This document shows, piece after piece, positions 9,794 to 19,476 of a stretch of 64,000 bases of DNA. This stretch comes from a bacterium (GTDB taxonomy: Bacteria > J088 > JAWLBW01): the NCBI GenBank assembly GCA_041690355.1, contig JAWLHK010000005.1, forward strand, positions 1-64,000, read 5' to 3'. Position 1 is the first letter of the stretch, and each line of letters opens with the position of its first letter. The notes under the pieces were generated by a model. The model had not been told where the DNA came from and did no database searches. It saw only the letters and a program-made list of their open reading frames with translations. A program made the translations under genes and the position numbers.

Positions 9794-12112
9794 ATGCGTC
9801 GGTTCGTCGCGCTACTGCTTCACCGCCGGAACGTCGTGCTCGGCGTTCTCATCCTGATCACGCTCGGCTTCGGCGCCGTGCTCCCCCGCGCCATCATCGC
9901 GACCAATTTCGCGGAACTCTTCTTCTCGCGCGACGAGGCCTTCGACCGCTACCTCGAGCGGATGCACGCGATGACGAACGACCACGGGCTCATCGTCGGC
10001 GTCGAAGAGCCGGAACCGTTCTCCCCCGCCGCCCTCGACCGCCTCTCGCGCGCCGCCACGACCATCGAAGACCTGGCCGAAGTGCGCAACGTCATGAGCC
10101 TGCTCGACGCCGGCCGGATCATCGATGACGAAGACGAGGGCCTCCTCTTCCCCAAGTACGCCGACGAGGCGCGCGAACATCCCGAACGCGCCGGCGAGAT
10201 CCTGCAGCGCGTGATGGCCGACCCCGTCTGGTCACGCATGGTCATCTCCGAAGACGGCCGGCATACCGCCATGGTCATCGAGGCCGTTCCCGACGAGAAG
10301 CGGCAGGCCGAAGCGGAACAGGAGCTGGTGGCCCGCATCTACGAGCTGCTCGAGGCGGCCGGCTACGACCGCGATCAGGTGCACATGGGCGGGACCTCGG
10401 CGGTGACCGCCGAAATGTTCCACCAGATTCATCGTAATCTTACGATGATTTTTCCGGTCGTGGTCCTGGCCCTGTTCCTCGTCGGCTACCTGATGTTCCG
10501 CCAGCTCTGGCCGGTGCTCGTGACCCTGCTCGTGGCCTTCATCGCCGTCATCTGGACGTCGGGGTTCGCGCTGCTGCTCGATCCGAAGGTCAACCTGTTT
10601 CTCTCGGTCGTGCCGGTCATCATCCTCGTCATCAGCTTCTCCGACGTCATCCACCTCTGCAGCGCCTACCTGCTCGAGCTGGGGACCGGAAAGGAGAAAC
10701 ACGAAGCAATACTCGCCACGGGGGCCGACGTGGGTGCGGCCTGCTTCTTCACGTCCGCAACGACGTTCATCGGCTTCACGGCGCTTGCCTTCGTCCCCTC
10801 GCCGGTCATGCGCCAGTTCGGCCTCGTGCTCGGCTTCGGCGTCGGCGCGACCCTGCTCATCGCGCTGACCCTGGTGCCGGTGATCTTCGACCTGATGCGC
10901 ACCCCGCCGGCGCCCCCCCGCGCGACGACGAACCGGAAAGACCTACTGTCGCGGCTGCTCGACGTGTCGGAGCGCATTTCCATCGAGCGCCCCCGGGCCG
11001 TCGTCGCCGTTTCGCTGCTGATCGTCGCGGCCTCGGCCTTCGGCCTGAGCCGGCTCTCCATCGACGCGTCGCTGCTCGAACGCCTGTCGCCGCAGAACCG
11101 CGTGCGCCAGGACGCGCGCTACCTGGCCGAAAACTTCGCCGGCACGAGCACCCTGAGCGTCTTTCTGGAGAGCACCGACGACGGAGATCTGCTCGATGCC
11201 GACCGCTTTGCCGCCATTGCGGCGCTCGAAGCGAAAATCGCCGTCCTGCCCCAGGTAACCCAGGTCATGTCGCTGCTGGACCTGATCCGCATGATGCATG
11301 TGGAAATGCGCGAACCGGGGGACACGACAGCGCTTCCGCAGACCCGGCCGCAGCTCTTCGACTATATCCTGCTGCTCGAGCTGGCCGATGGGGAGGCCCT
11401 GCAGCGCAGCCTGTCGCCGAACCGGCGCACGATGCAGTTCGTGCTGCGCCTGAACACGAGCAGCTTCCGCGAATCGTTCGCGCTGGGGGAAGAAATCCGG
11501 CGGATCGGCAGCGAAACCATGGGCGCGGGGGTTGCCGTGGAGTCGGGCGGCCTGCTCTTCTTCTTCGGGCGCTGGCTCGACGAGCTGGTCGAGGGGCAGA
11601 AGAACGGCCTGCTGTTTTCCATCCTCACGATCACGCTCATGATGATCATCGGTCTGAAGTCGCTGCGAACGGGCCTGTGGTCCATGGCGCCGAACATGCT
11701 GCCGCTGCTCGTGCTCGGCGGGGTGCTGGGCGCCCTCTGGGACAAGGCGGATTCGGACAGCCTCGTGGTCGCCATGATCGCCATCGGCATCGGCGTCGAC
11801 GATACGATTCATTTCCTCATGCGCTACCGCATTGAGAGCGAGCGGTGGCGCGACAGCGCAATTGCCATCCGCGAGACCTTCCACTTCGCGGGGCGCGCGA
11901 TCGTCATCACGTCGGTCATTCTGGTGATCGGGTTTCTTCCGCTCAACATCAGCGACTACGCCACCTTCATTCTGTTGGGAACGCTGCTGCCCATGACGCT
12001 CGTCGTGGCCCTGCTGGCGAACCTCTTTGTGGTTCCGGCGCTGGCGCGGCTGGGGTGGATCCGGTACCGCTTTCCGCAGGAGAAACCGGCGGAGAGGGAA
12101 CTGCAAGTCTGA
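9794..12112 (+). CDS. MMPL/RND-family lipid transporter
   Basis: ATG 9794 after GGAGG; two halves each with a periplasmic domain plus TM bundle; GIGVDDTIHF motif. Confidence 0.9.
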   Translation: MRRFVALLLHRRNVVLGVLILITLGFGAVLPRAIIATNFAELFFSRDEAFDRYLERMHAMTNDHGLIVGVEEPEPFSPAALDRLSRAATTIEDLAEVRNVMSLLDAGRIIDDEDEGLLFPKYADEAREHPERAGEILQRVMADPVWSRMVISEDGRHTAMVIEAVPDEKRQAEAEQELVARIYELLEAAGYDRDQVHMGGTSAVTAEMFHQIHRNLTMIFPVVVLALFLVGYLMFRQLWPVLVTLLVAFIAVIWTSGFALLLDPKVNLFLSVVPVIILVISFSDVIHLCSAYLLELGTGKEKHEAILATGADVGAACFFTSATTFIGFTALAFVPSPVMRQFGLVLGFGVGATLLIALTLVPVIFDLMRTPPAPPRATTNRKDLLSRLLDVSERISIERPRAVVAVSLLIVAASAFGLSRLSIDASLLERLSPQNRVRQDARYLAENFAGTSTLSVFLESTDDGDLLDADRFAAIAALEAKIAVLPQVTQVMSLLDLIRMMHVEMREPGDTTALPQTRPQLFDYILLLELADGEALQRSLSPNRRTMQFVLRLNTSSFRESFALGEEIRRIGSETMGAGVAVESGGLLFFFGRWLDELVEGQKNGLLFSILTITLMMIIGLKSLRTGLWSMAPNMLPLLVLGGVLGALWDKADSDSLVVAMIAIGIGVDDTIHFLMRYRIESERWRDSAIAIRETFHFAGRAIVITSVILVIGFLPLNISDYATFILLGTLLPMTLVVALLANLFVVPALARLGWIRYRFPQEKPAERELQV

Positions 12113-12213
12113 AGGACGTCAGACGTCGGCAGACAAGGACGATGCTGCGACCCCGCCGGGGTCGGAGTGCTGTGCCTCGCTGGGGCCGAGCAGCTTCAAG
12201 ATGGCGTTGCAGG

Positions 12214-12708
12214 TTACCGGAATGCCGCTGCCAGGGTGGCGATGGGGAGAAACAGCTTGAGCGGTTCGTCCTGGAGAGGAATGAAGCCGTACCGGCGATA
12301 GAACGCCTGTGCCCGCTCGTTCTTCGCGTCGACGAATACGCCCACCAGCCCTACGCTCGAGGCCACCTGGACCGTTCGGCGAAGCGCGAAGGTTAGGAGC
12401 AGTTCCCCAAGGCCATTCCGCTGCCGGTCGGCTGAAACCGCCAGCCGGGCAAGGCGCGCCACGGGAAGGCGGCGGGGGAGCCGTCTCGCAACCCTCGGCG
12501 GAACGGCTGCCGCCTCGACCTCTCCCACGGCCAGCGTTACGAAACCGAGGATTTTTCCGGGTGATTCCGGTTCAACGAGAACGAACGTCCTCGAGATCCC
12601 CTTCTCGCCATGCTGGCGGGCGGCGCGCCGGAGGTATTCGTTGAGTTCCGGCGCCCCGCAGTCAAACGCCTCGCGTTCGTGGGCGTCCGTCAGGAGCTCA
12701 ATCCGCAT
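12214..12708 (-). CDS. GNAT-family toxin (AtaT/TacT-like)
   Basis: FDCG..ELNEYL, LARLAV...QRNGLG, VDAKNERAQAFY..YGF; overlaps the upstream antitoxin. Confidence 0.9.
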   Translation of the reverse strand: MRIELLTDAHEREAFDCGAPELNEYLRRAARQHGEKGISRTFVLVEPESPGKILGFVTLAVGEVEAAAVPPRVARRLPRRLPVARLARLAVSADRQRNGLGELLLTFALRRTVQVASSVGLVGVFVDAKNERAQAFYRRYGFIPLQDEPLKLFLPIATLAAAFR

Positions 12709-12988
12709 CGTCTGGCAGCGTCCGGGTCAGGCGCTGGGCGGCCCTGCGCAAGGCGCGCGACGGTTTCGGCGGACGCTCGAGCGCGCCGAGAAACGTTTCC
12801 GCGTCCCGGGACGAGAGGGAGATGATCTGTTCCTCCCGAATCAGCTCCTGGGCTCGCTCCAGTGCAGACTGGACGAGAAACTGGTTCACGGTCGCCCCGG
12901 TCAGATCGGCGGCCCGTTCAATCGTGCGGCGGACGTCTGCGGTCACCCGCGCCGTAACGCGATGGTTTTTCGATGAGGTGCCTGCCAT
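12698..12988 (-). CDS. DUF1778 (RHH) antitoxin
   Basis: RVTARV...IERAA..G.TVNQF..SA..RA...I.LS..D...F..ALERPP.P..AL. Confidence 0.9.
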   Translation of the reverse strand: MAGTSSKNHRVTARVTADVRRTIERAADLTGATVNQFLVQSALERAQELIREEQIISLSSRDAETFLGALERPPKPSRALRRAAQRLTRTLPDDAD

Positions 12989-13009
12989 GATGCTCTCCGG
13001 ATGAGCATC

Positions 13010-13038
13010 AGTATATCATGGTGACATTTTGGCACCAT
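13010..13038 (-). promoter_or_regulatory. Extended -10 (TGATATACT) and inverted-repeat operator of the DUF1778-GNAT operon
   Basis: ATGGTGACA-TTT-TGGCACCAT (13018-13038, 8/9 match) abutting TGnTATACT on the - strand. Confidence 0.55.
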
Positions 13039-13221
13039 TACCCTGAGTGGCCATTTGACCTTCCCCGGACGCTGCTCTAGGATATGGGATTCATGTACCG
13101 GAGGGCTGGATGTTGTTGCTCCCCCGGCGCATGCTGGCGAACTCACCGCTGGGGAAACTGGCGCACGAATGCGAGAAGCTCTCGGCGCTTGCGCCCAGCC
13201 TTCGCGATCAGGGTTCTTTCC

Positions 13222-13452
13222 AAGCGCCAAGCGCTGAGCACTAAGCGCCAAACAACAACGTGGCGTTCCTTGTACTTGCCGGAAAATTCGTCACTCGTAA
13301 CTCGTAACTCGAAGAAAGCGCCAAGCGCCAAGCACTAAGCACCGACCAACAAGAACGTGGCGCTCTTTGCCCTTGCCGGAAAATTCGTCACTCGTCACTC
13401 GTAACTCGTCACTTGTTTCAAATCGTCAATCGTAAATAGTCATTCGTAAATT
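13222..13452 (+). repeat. Tandem duplicated composite heptamer cassette (two ~92-bp units plus CGTCAAT array)
   Basis: [AAGCGCC]n-CAACAA..GTGGCG..TTGCCGGAAAATT-[CGTCACT]n at 13222-13311 and 13316-13408. Confidence 0.85.
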
Positions 13453-14496
13453 ATGTACAGTTCCCACCTCTCCCCCTACCCGACCGGCTGGTACGCCATC
13501 GGGTTCACCGACGAACTGCCTGCAGGCACCGTGTTGACGCGGCAGATCGCCGGACGCGAAGTCGTCCTCTTCCGCACGCAGAGCGGCGAGGCGGCCGCGC
13601 TCGACCCCTACTGCACCCACCTCGGCGCGCACCTGGGCCACGGGGGCGAAGTCGTGGGCGACACGATCCGCTGCCCCTTCCACGGCTTCTGCTTCGATAC
13701 CCAGGGGGTCTGCACGAAAACCGGTTACGACACGAAGCCGCCCGCGAAGGCGCGCATCCAGCGCTGGCGCCTGCAGGAGAAGAACGGAATCCTTTTCCTC
13801 TTCTTCTCCGCCGACGGGGCAGAACCCACCTTCGAGATTCCGCTTGCCGACGACGCCGCGTGGACGCCCGTGCGCCACCGCGAGCTCCGACTGCGCGGAC
13901 ACGTGCAGGAGATCGCCGAAAACAGCGTCGACATCGGCCACCTGACGTGGATTCACAAGTATGAAGACGTGCGCACCCTGTCGGAGCTGAAGACCGAGGG
14001 GGCCTACCTGAACGCGCGCTACGGCATGACGCGCCCGCGGAAGACGTTCGGAAAATCCGCCGGAATTGCGACGGAATTTGAAATCCACCAGTACGGCCTC
14101 GGATATGCGCGGGTCGAGGTGACGGTGACGAGCCTGGGCATCCACACGCGGCAGTTCGTGCTGGCCTCGCCGCTGAACGAGAACGAGATCATGCTGCGGC
14201 TCGCCATGTCGGTGAAGCGGATCGAGAAGCCGTCGACGGTGCACCCGCTGCTCGCCCTCGCGCCCAAGGGGTGGGTGACGAACCTGGTGGCCGATCAGGG
14301 GATCAAGGAGTTCGAGGCCGACGTGCGCCAGGATCTGCCCATCTGGCAGAACAAGATCTACGTGACGCCCCCGGCGCTGGCGGCCGGCGACGGACCTGTG
14401 GGCGCCTATCGGAAATGGGCAAAGCAGTTTTATGCCGTTCCGCAAGTCCCGCTGTCTTCCCCAGCGGGGGAACCCGAAGAACCGGCGCTCGGGTAG
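13453..14496 (+). CDS. Rieske non-heme iron oxygenase, cholesterol 7-desaturase (Neverland/DAF-36)/KshA-like
   Basis: CTHLG...CPFHG Rieske motif, ENSVDIGHLTWIH iron motif, QDLPIWQNK and DGPV..YRKW..QFY C-terminus. Confidence 0.85.
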   Translation: MYSSHLSPYPTGWYAIGFTDELPAGTVLTRQIAGREVVLFRTQSGEAAALDPYCTHLGAHLGHGGEVVGDTIRCPFHGFCFDTQGVCTKTGYDTKPPAKARIQRWRLQEKNGILFLFFSADGAEPTFEIPLADDAAWTPVRHRELRLRGHVQEIAENSVDIGHLTWIHKYEDVRTLSELKTEGAYLNARYGMTRPRKTFGKSAGIATEFEIHQYGLGYARVEVTVTSLGIHTRQFVLASPLNENEIMLRLAMSVKRIEKPSTVHPLLALAPKGWVTNLVADQGIKEFEADVRQDLPIWQNKIYVTPPALAAGDGPVGAYRKWAKQFYAVPQVPLSSPAGEPEEPALG

Positions 14497-14550
14497 AGAA
14501 AGACAGGCCCCTTCGTCCTCCGAAGGGGACCCTGACCAGGCGAACCAAAT

Positions 14551-14958
14551 TCACTCGTCCGTCTTAGTGTGGCGCGAAAGGAATTGTGCCGGCGTCAGGG
14601 CGTCGATCGGCGAATTCCGATAATCGCGAACGTTGCGGGTTACGATAGACCGTGCACCGAACGCAACGGCCGCGCCAACCTGCAGCGAATCCTCGAAATC
14701 ACGCATCGGCAAACGAAGCGCAAGCCGGGCATGCTCAGTCACCGCGGGCGCAATGGCGACGAAGGTGAGAAGATCCTCCAGAAACGGGCGCACATCCTGC
14801 CGCAGGAGATAGGCCGTGTTTGAGAGGGTGTGCCAGGCGATCGCCGCAAATCCGGGACTGTTCTGCGCCCACCGCAGCACCCCGGCGCTCGGCTCGAGAT
14901 GCTCGCGCCGTCCGAGTGCTACATCGAGTATGACGTCGGTATCCAGGAGAATCTTCAA
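14551..14958 (-). CDS. vapC: PIN-domain toxin (VapC-like)
   Basis: ILLDTDVILD, DFEDSLQ, IVTRNVRDY. Confidence 0.88.
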   Translation of the reverse strand: MKILLDTDVILDVALGRREHLEPSAGVLRWAQNSPGFAAIAWHTLSNTAYLLRQDVRPFLEDLLTFVAIAPAVTEHARLALRLPMRDFEDSLQVGAAVAFGARSIVTRNVRDYRNSPIDALTPAQFLSRHTKTDE

Positions 14959-14965
14959 CGAGCGC

Positions 14966-15193
14966 TCAGAGACCGTATTTCTTCTTCAGCGCTTCGAGGC
15001 GGGCGTCGCCGGGCCGCTCAGCCACCGAAAACCGGCCTTCCCATCGGGTAACGAAGTCTTCTTCGTCATGTAACGCGACGCTCTCCAGCAGCTCTTCCAC
15101 AAAGGCCGAGAGGTTCGTCTCCCTTGCACGGGCGAGTTTCCGCGCCCGGCTGAGGACCTCGGGCCGCAGAGAAAGACTGACGCGCTCCTTCAT
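14966..15193 (-). CDS. Antitoxin (DUF6364/RHH-like VapB)
   Basis: MKERVSLSL...A...AR....LSAFVE..LE; ends LKKKYGL; immediately upstream of the PIN gene. Confidence 0.8.
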   Translation of the reverse strand: MKERVSLSLRPEVLSRARKLARARETNLSAFVEELLESVALHDEEDFVTRWEGRFSVAERPGDARLEALKKKYGL

Positions 15194-15280
15194 GCGTATT
15201 ATTTTACCACAATCGTAATACCCTTGCCGGAAGGCCAATCATCACCTCAGCCCGGCCGTACGACTATCGTGCCCCCACAC

Positions 15281-15316
15281 AAAAAAACGCCGCCCCGGGA
15301 AACTCCCGGAGCGGCG
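15281..15316 (-). terminator. Rho-independent terminator of metK
   Basis: CGCCGCTCCGGGAG-TTTCCCGGGGCGGCG followed by T7 on the - strand. Confidence 0.85.
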
Positions 15317-15338
15317 CAGGAAAACGGTTCCCGTGGGG

Positions 15339-16517
15339 TCAGCGGGCGACGGTGATCCCCGCGTCGGCGGCGAGGGCCTCGGCCTTATTGGTGCGCTCCC
15401 ACGTGAAGAAGCCGCCCTCTTCGGGCTTGCGGCCGAAGTGGCCGTAAGCGGCCGACGGCTGGTAAATCGGCTTGAGCAGATCGAGCGTGCTGATGATGGC
15501 CGCCGGCTTCATCTCGAAGTGCTTGCGGACCAGATCCTCGATCTTGTCCGGGTCGATCTTCTCGGTGCCGAAGGTGTTCACGTGCACCGAAACCGGCTCG
15601 GCCACGCCGATGGCATAGGCGAGCTGAACCTCGCAGCGATCGGCAAGGCCGGCCGCGACGATGTTCTTGGCCACGTAGCGGGCCATGTAGGCGGCGCTGC
15701 GGTCGACCTTGCTCGGATCCTTGCCCGAGAAGGCGCCGCCGCCGTGACGGCCCGCGCCGCCGTAGGTGTCGACGATGATCTTGCGGCCGGTCAGGCCGCA
15801 GTCGCCGTGGGGACCGCCCACGATGAACTGTCCGGTCGGGTTGATGAAGTAGCGGGTCGTCGCCAGCAGGTCGGCCGGGATGACCTTCTTGATCACCTCT
15901 TCGATGACCGCCTCGCGAATCTGCGCCTGGGTCATCTCGGGCGTGTGCTGCGTCGAGATCACGACGGCATCCACGTGCTGCGGCTTGCCTTCCTGTTCGT
16001 ACCGGACGGTGACCTGGCTCTTGCCGTCGGGGCGCAGCCAGGGGAGCGTGCCGTTCTTGCGCACTTCGGCCAGCCGCTTGGTAAGCCGGTGCGCGAACAT
16101 GATGGGCATCGGCATGAGCTCGTCGGTCTCGTTGCAGGCGAAGCCGAACATGAGCCCCTGGTCGCCGGCCCCTTGTTCCTTCTGGGCTGACGAATCGACG
16201 CCCATGGCGATGTCGGGGCTCTGCTTGTTGACGACATTGAGCACGCCGCAGCTGCGGTAGTCAAAGCCTGTCGACGGATCGTCGTAGCCGATGTCCTTGA
16301 CGGCATCACGCGCGATCTGGACGTAATCCAGCTGCGCCGAAGTCGTGATCTCGCCCGCAACCATGACCAGTCCGGTGGTCACCAGGGTCTCGCACGCGAC
16401 CCGGCCCTTCGGGTCCTGGGCAAAAACGGCATCGAGCACCGCATCGGAAATGCGATCGGCGACTTTGTCGGGGTGGCCTTCGGTGACGCTTTCGGACGTA
16501 AACAGAAATGGACGCAT
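15339..16517 (-). CDS. metK: S-adenosylmethionine synthetase
   Basis: [44 protein letters not shown]. Confidence 0.99.
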   Translation of the reverse strand: MRPFLFTSESVTEGHPDKVADRISDAVLDAVFAQDPKGRVACETLVTTGLVMVAGEITTSAQLDYVQIARDAVKDIGYDDPSTGFDYRSCGVLNVVNKQSPDIAMGVDSSAQKEQGAGDQGLMFGFACNETDELMPMPIMFAHRLTKRLAEVRKNGTLPWLRPDGKSQVTVRYEQEGKPQHVDAVVISTQHTPEMTQAQIREAVIEEVIKKVIPADLLATTRYFINPTGQFIVGGPHGDCGLTGRKIIVDTYGGAGRHGGGAFSGKDPSKVDRSAAYMARYVAKNIVAAGLADRCEVQLAYAIGVAEPVSVHVNTFGTEKIDPDKIEDLVRKHFEMKPAAIISTLDLLKPIYQPSAAYGHFGRKPEEGGFFTWERTNKAEALAADAGITVAR

Positions 16518-16567
16518 GAATTCTCAGCCTTTCAAGGGTCCGCGATCGGCGCGAACCGGAATCAGAT

Positions 16568-16597
16568 ATTTTAGCGGCCCCGGCCCAACGGGGTCAA
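16568..16597 (-). promoter_or_regulatory. Sigma-70-type promoter of metK
   Basis: TTGACC-18 nt-TAAAAT on the - strand, ~50 nt upstream of the ATG. Confidence 0.55.
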
Positions 16598-16618
16598 CGC
16601 TTGTCACCGGGCGCCCGC

Positions 16619-17197
16619 TCACCAGCGGACGTGATAGGTGCACGAATCGTCACCCTTCTCCCGGCAGGGCGCCCCATCGTCATGCTCGACCGTGGGCGCA
16701 GTGGCGAACCGCTCGGCCATGGCCGTCACGATCCCCCGGTCGAAGGCGCAGGGGTAGGAGTTGTGTCCCCGCAGGGTCGCCGAGCGATCGTTCATCTCGA
16801 CGACCTGGTAGTGACCGATTCCCTCTCCCATCGTTCCCGTCGCCGGATCGAAGAGCACTTTGCCGTCGCGGCGGTGGTTCATGTGGAATGCGACGTCGAT
16901 CGAGCCGAGGGCCGCCTGGATCGTCTGAATTTCGGGGGGGAACTCGGCGGATTCGGGGATCTTCTTGCCGATGAGAAACAGGGTCTTGGGACCGACCGCC
17001 TCTTTCAGGGCGCGAAACGTGTCGAGCCACGCCTGCTGCGGATACCAGGCATCGCCCGAGTCTTTGACGTCGGGCAGGCCGTTTTCGGCCAGAAACTTAC
17101 GCGCCGTATTCTGGAAGACGCCCGCCCCCCGAATCACGCTCCAGATGGTCTGTCCGTTGACTTCAATCCCCTCTGCGAAACATTCAAATTGCGCCAT
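16619..17197 (-). CDS. Stand-alone V4R/H-NOX-like protein of unknown function
   Basis: Start MAQFECF after GGAGAG; WYP..WL..F, YPCAFDRG, C-terminal CREKGDDSCTYHVRW. Confidence 0.7.
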   Translation of the reverse strand: MAQFECFAEGIEVNGQTIWSVIRGAGVFQNTARKFLAENGLPDVKDSGDAWYPQQAWLDTFRALKEAVGPKTLFLIGKKIPESAEFPPEIQTIQAALGSIDVAFHMNHRRDGKVLFDPATGTMGEGIGHYQVVEMNDRSATLRGHNSYPCAFDRGIVTAMAERFATAPTVEHDDGAPCREKGDDSCTYHVRW

Positions 17198-17270
17198 GGT
17201 AACTCTCCACTCGGTCGCACGGCGGCGCCGCACGTTTCGGTCGTTCACTCCTGGAAGGCCGAAGCCTTCG

Positions 17271-18035
17271 TCACGCCATCACACCTCCGTCCACCACAAA
17301 GATTCCCCCTGTGATGAACCGCCCCGCATCTGAAGCGAGCAGCAGGGCCGTGCCCGCAATATCCGCCGGCTGCCCCATCACCTGGAGCGCCTGGTCGGAG
17401 TGGGCCACCGTCAGAATGTCTTCGTTCTCCCACAGCGCCCGGGAGAAATCGGTCTTGATGAGCCCCGGGGCGACGGCGTTCACGCGGATGCCCAGGGGAC
17501 CCATCTCGCGCGCCATCTGGCGGGTCATCTGGAATACGGCCGCCTTGGAGACCCCGTAGACCCCGAGCATCGGCCCGGCGTGCAGGCCGCCGATGGAGCC
17601 CAGGTTGATGATGCTGCCGCGCTTCTTCGCCTCCATCTGCTCGGCCGCGTGCTTGCTCATGAGAAAGTAGCCGCGCGTATTCGTCTGCATGGTCTTGTCG
17701 AAGATATCCGCCGTGGCCGTGTGCATCGGCCCGAAATGGGGATTCGTCGCCGCGTTGTTCACGAGGATGTCGACCCCGCCGAGCTGCTCCTTCACGGTGC
17801 GGAAAAAGCTCTCGATCTGATCTTCCCGGCCGATGTGCAGCTGCATGGGGGTGGCCTTGCCCCCCGCCGCCTTGATTTCGTCGGCGGCCGCCTGCAGATC
17901 CTCCAGCTTGCGGCTCGCCAGCACGACGTGGGCGCCGAACTCGGCCAGTCCCGTCGCGATGGCCTTGCCGATGCCGCGCCCGCCGCCGGTCACCACGGCC
18001 ACGCGCCCTTCCAGATTGAACAGCTCTTTCAACAC
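17271..18035 (-). CDS. SDR-family oxidoreductase (DHRS4-like)
   Basis: TGGGRGIG, NNAATNP, YGVSK, VNAVAPGLIKTDFS; start estimated from the AGGAG SD. Confidence 0.92.
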   Translation of the reverse strand: MLKELFNLEGRVAVVTGGGRGIGKAIATGLAEFGAHVVLASRKLEDLQAAADEIKAAGGKATPMQLHIGREDQIESFFRTVKEQLGGVDILVNNAATNPHFGPMHTATADIFDKTMQTNTRGYFLMSKHAAEQMEAKKRGSIINLGSIGGLHAGPMLGVYGVSKAAVFQMTRQMAREMGPLGIRVNAVAPGLIKTDFSRALWENEDILTVAHSDQALQVMGQPADIAGTALLLASDAGRFITGGIFVVDGGVMA

Positions 18036-18121
18036 GCCGAATCTCCTCGTCACGGTTCCGAAAAGCGGATTGTATCAGGGAGAGTGCCTGAAAGGCGACC
18101 CTCCGGTACAATGGTGGGATC

Positions 18122-19453
18122 ATGGCCCTGCGTTTCTTCGATCGCCTGCACCCCATCCAGATTCTGCTGGGCGGATACCTCGGGCTTACCACCGCGACCT
18201 GGCTCCTGCTGTCGCTCCCTTGGGCCCGGACCGAAAGGCTCCCCTGGAACCCACTCGATCAGCTTTTTACGGCGGCCTCGGCCGTGACGACGACCGGACT
18301 GGTGGTGCACGACACGAGCGCCTACACGCTCTTCGGCCAGATCGTCCTCCTTGCCGTCATTCAGATCGCCGGGCTCGGGTACATGGTCTTCATCGCCCTT
18401 TCGCTGCTGTTGACCGGAAATCGGCTTTCGCTCGGTGGGCGCGCCCTGCTGCGCGAATCGGTGGGGCGGCCGACCTCGGTCGATCTGCTCAAGTTCGCCA
18501 AGAGCGTCCTGATCTACAGCTTCATCATCGAAGGGCTGGGAACGCTGATTCTCATGTTCCGCATGCTTGCGTGGGAACCGCCGGCCCAGGCTTTCTTCTC
18601 GGCGCTCTTTCATTCCGTCTCAGCTTTCTGTACCGCGGGATTTTCGATTTACGGCGACAACTATGTGCGCTTCGCCGAAGATCCGGTCATCAACGTCGTC
18701 ACCGCAGCGCTCTGCATACTCGGCGCCATCGGATTCTTCGTTCTCGATGAAGTGCGGGAAGTATTCCGCTCACGTGGCGCTCTGCGACGCGCCCGGCTTT
18801 CGGTTCACTCGCGGCTGACCCTGATCGTCACAGCTCTCCTTACGGTCGGCGGAACGGTCTCTATCTACGTATCGCAGTACCTGCACGGCGAGACCCAGAT
18901 CGGATGGATGGAGGCCGCCTTCCAGGTGATCAGCGGTTCATCGACCGCAGGGTTCAACACCATCGACCTGGCGCAGTTGTCGACGAGCGCGCAGTTTGTC
19001 ATTCTCGTCCTCATGTTCGTCGGCGGTTCGCCCGGTTCAACAGCCGGCGGCGTCAAGACCACGACTTTCGGCCTCATGCTCTACTACATCCCCTCGTTGC
19101 TCCTCGGCCGCCGCGATCTGCACATTTACCGCCGCCGTATTCCCGCAGAGTCTGTCATCCGCGGATATGCGCTCGCCTTTCTTGCCTCTCTTTGGGTGGC
19201 TGGGGCGACAATTGCGCTCGGCATGATTGAGCCGCTTCCCGTGCTGGACCTCATGTTCGAGGTGACGTCTGCGCTCGCAACGGCCGGACTCTCGACGGGT
19301 ATTACGGCGCAGCTTTCCTGGGCCGGGGAGCTGGTTATCATCCTCACCATGCTCGTCGGACGTATCGGAATGCTGGGCGTCGGCTTTTCGCTGATCGGTC
19401 GACGGCGGGCCCCCCAGTACCAGTACGCACAGACTGAAGTACTCATCGGATAA
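18122..19453 (+). CDS. ktrB: KtrB/TrkH potassium uptake membrane subunit
   Basis: SAVTTTGL, SAFCTAGF, TAGFNT, GGSPGSTAGGVKTTT, SALATAGLSTG, MLVGRIG. Confidence 0.93.
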   Translation: MALRFFDRLHPIQILLGGYLGLTTATWLLLSLPWARTERLPWNPLDQLFTAASAVTTTGLVVHDTSAYTLFGQIVLLAVIQIAGLGYMVFIALSLLLTGNRLSLGGRALLRESVGRPTSVDLLKFAKSVLIYSFIIEGLGTLILMFRMLAWEPPAQAFFSALFHSVSAFCTAGFSIYGDNYVRFAEDPVINVVTAALCILGAIGFFVLDEVREVFRSRGALRRARLSVHSRLTLIVTALLTVGGTVSIYVSQYLHGETQIGWMEAAFQVISGSSTAGFNTIDLAQLSTSAQFVILVLMFVGGSPGSTAGGVKTTTFGLMLYYIPSLLLGRRDLHIYRRRIPAESVIRGYALAFLASLWVAGATIALGMIEPLPVLDLMFEVTSALATAGLSTGITAQLSWAGELVIILTMLVGRIGMLGVGFSLIGRRRAPQYQYAQTEVLIG

Positions 19454-19476
19454 ACGAACCCTCGGAACGAACTCCC

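Noticed and set aside
13222-13452. Possible CRISPR array
   Set aside because: Only two degenerate units, linkers similar rather than unique, and no cas genes
16518-16618. SAM riboswitch upstream of metK
   Set aside because: Leader is only ~45 nt after the predicted promoter and no SAM-I/II/V consensus was recognised
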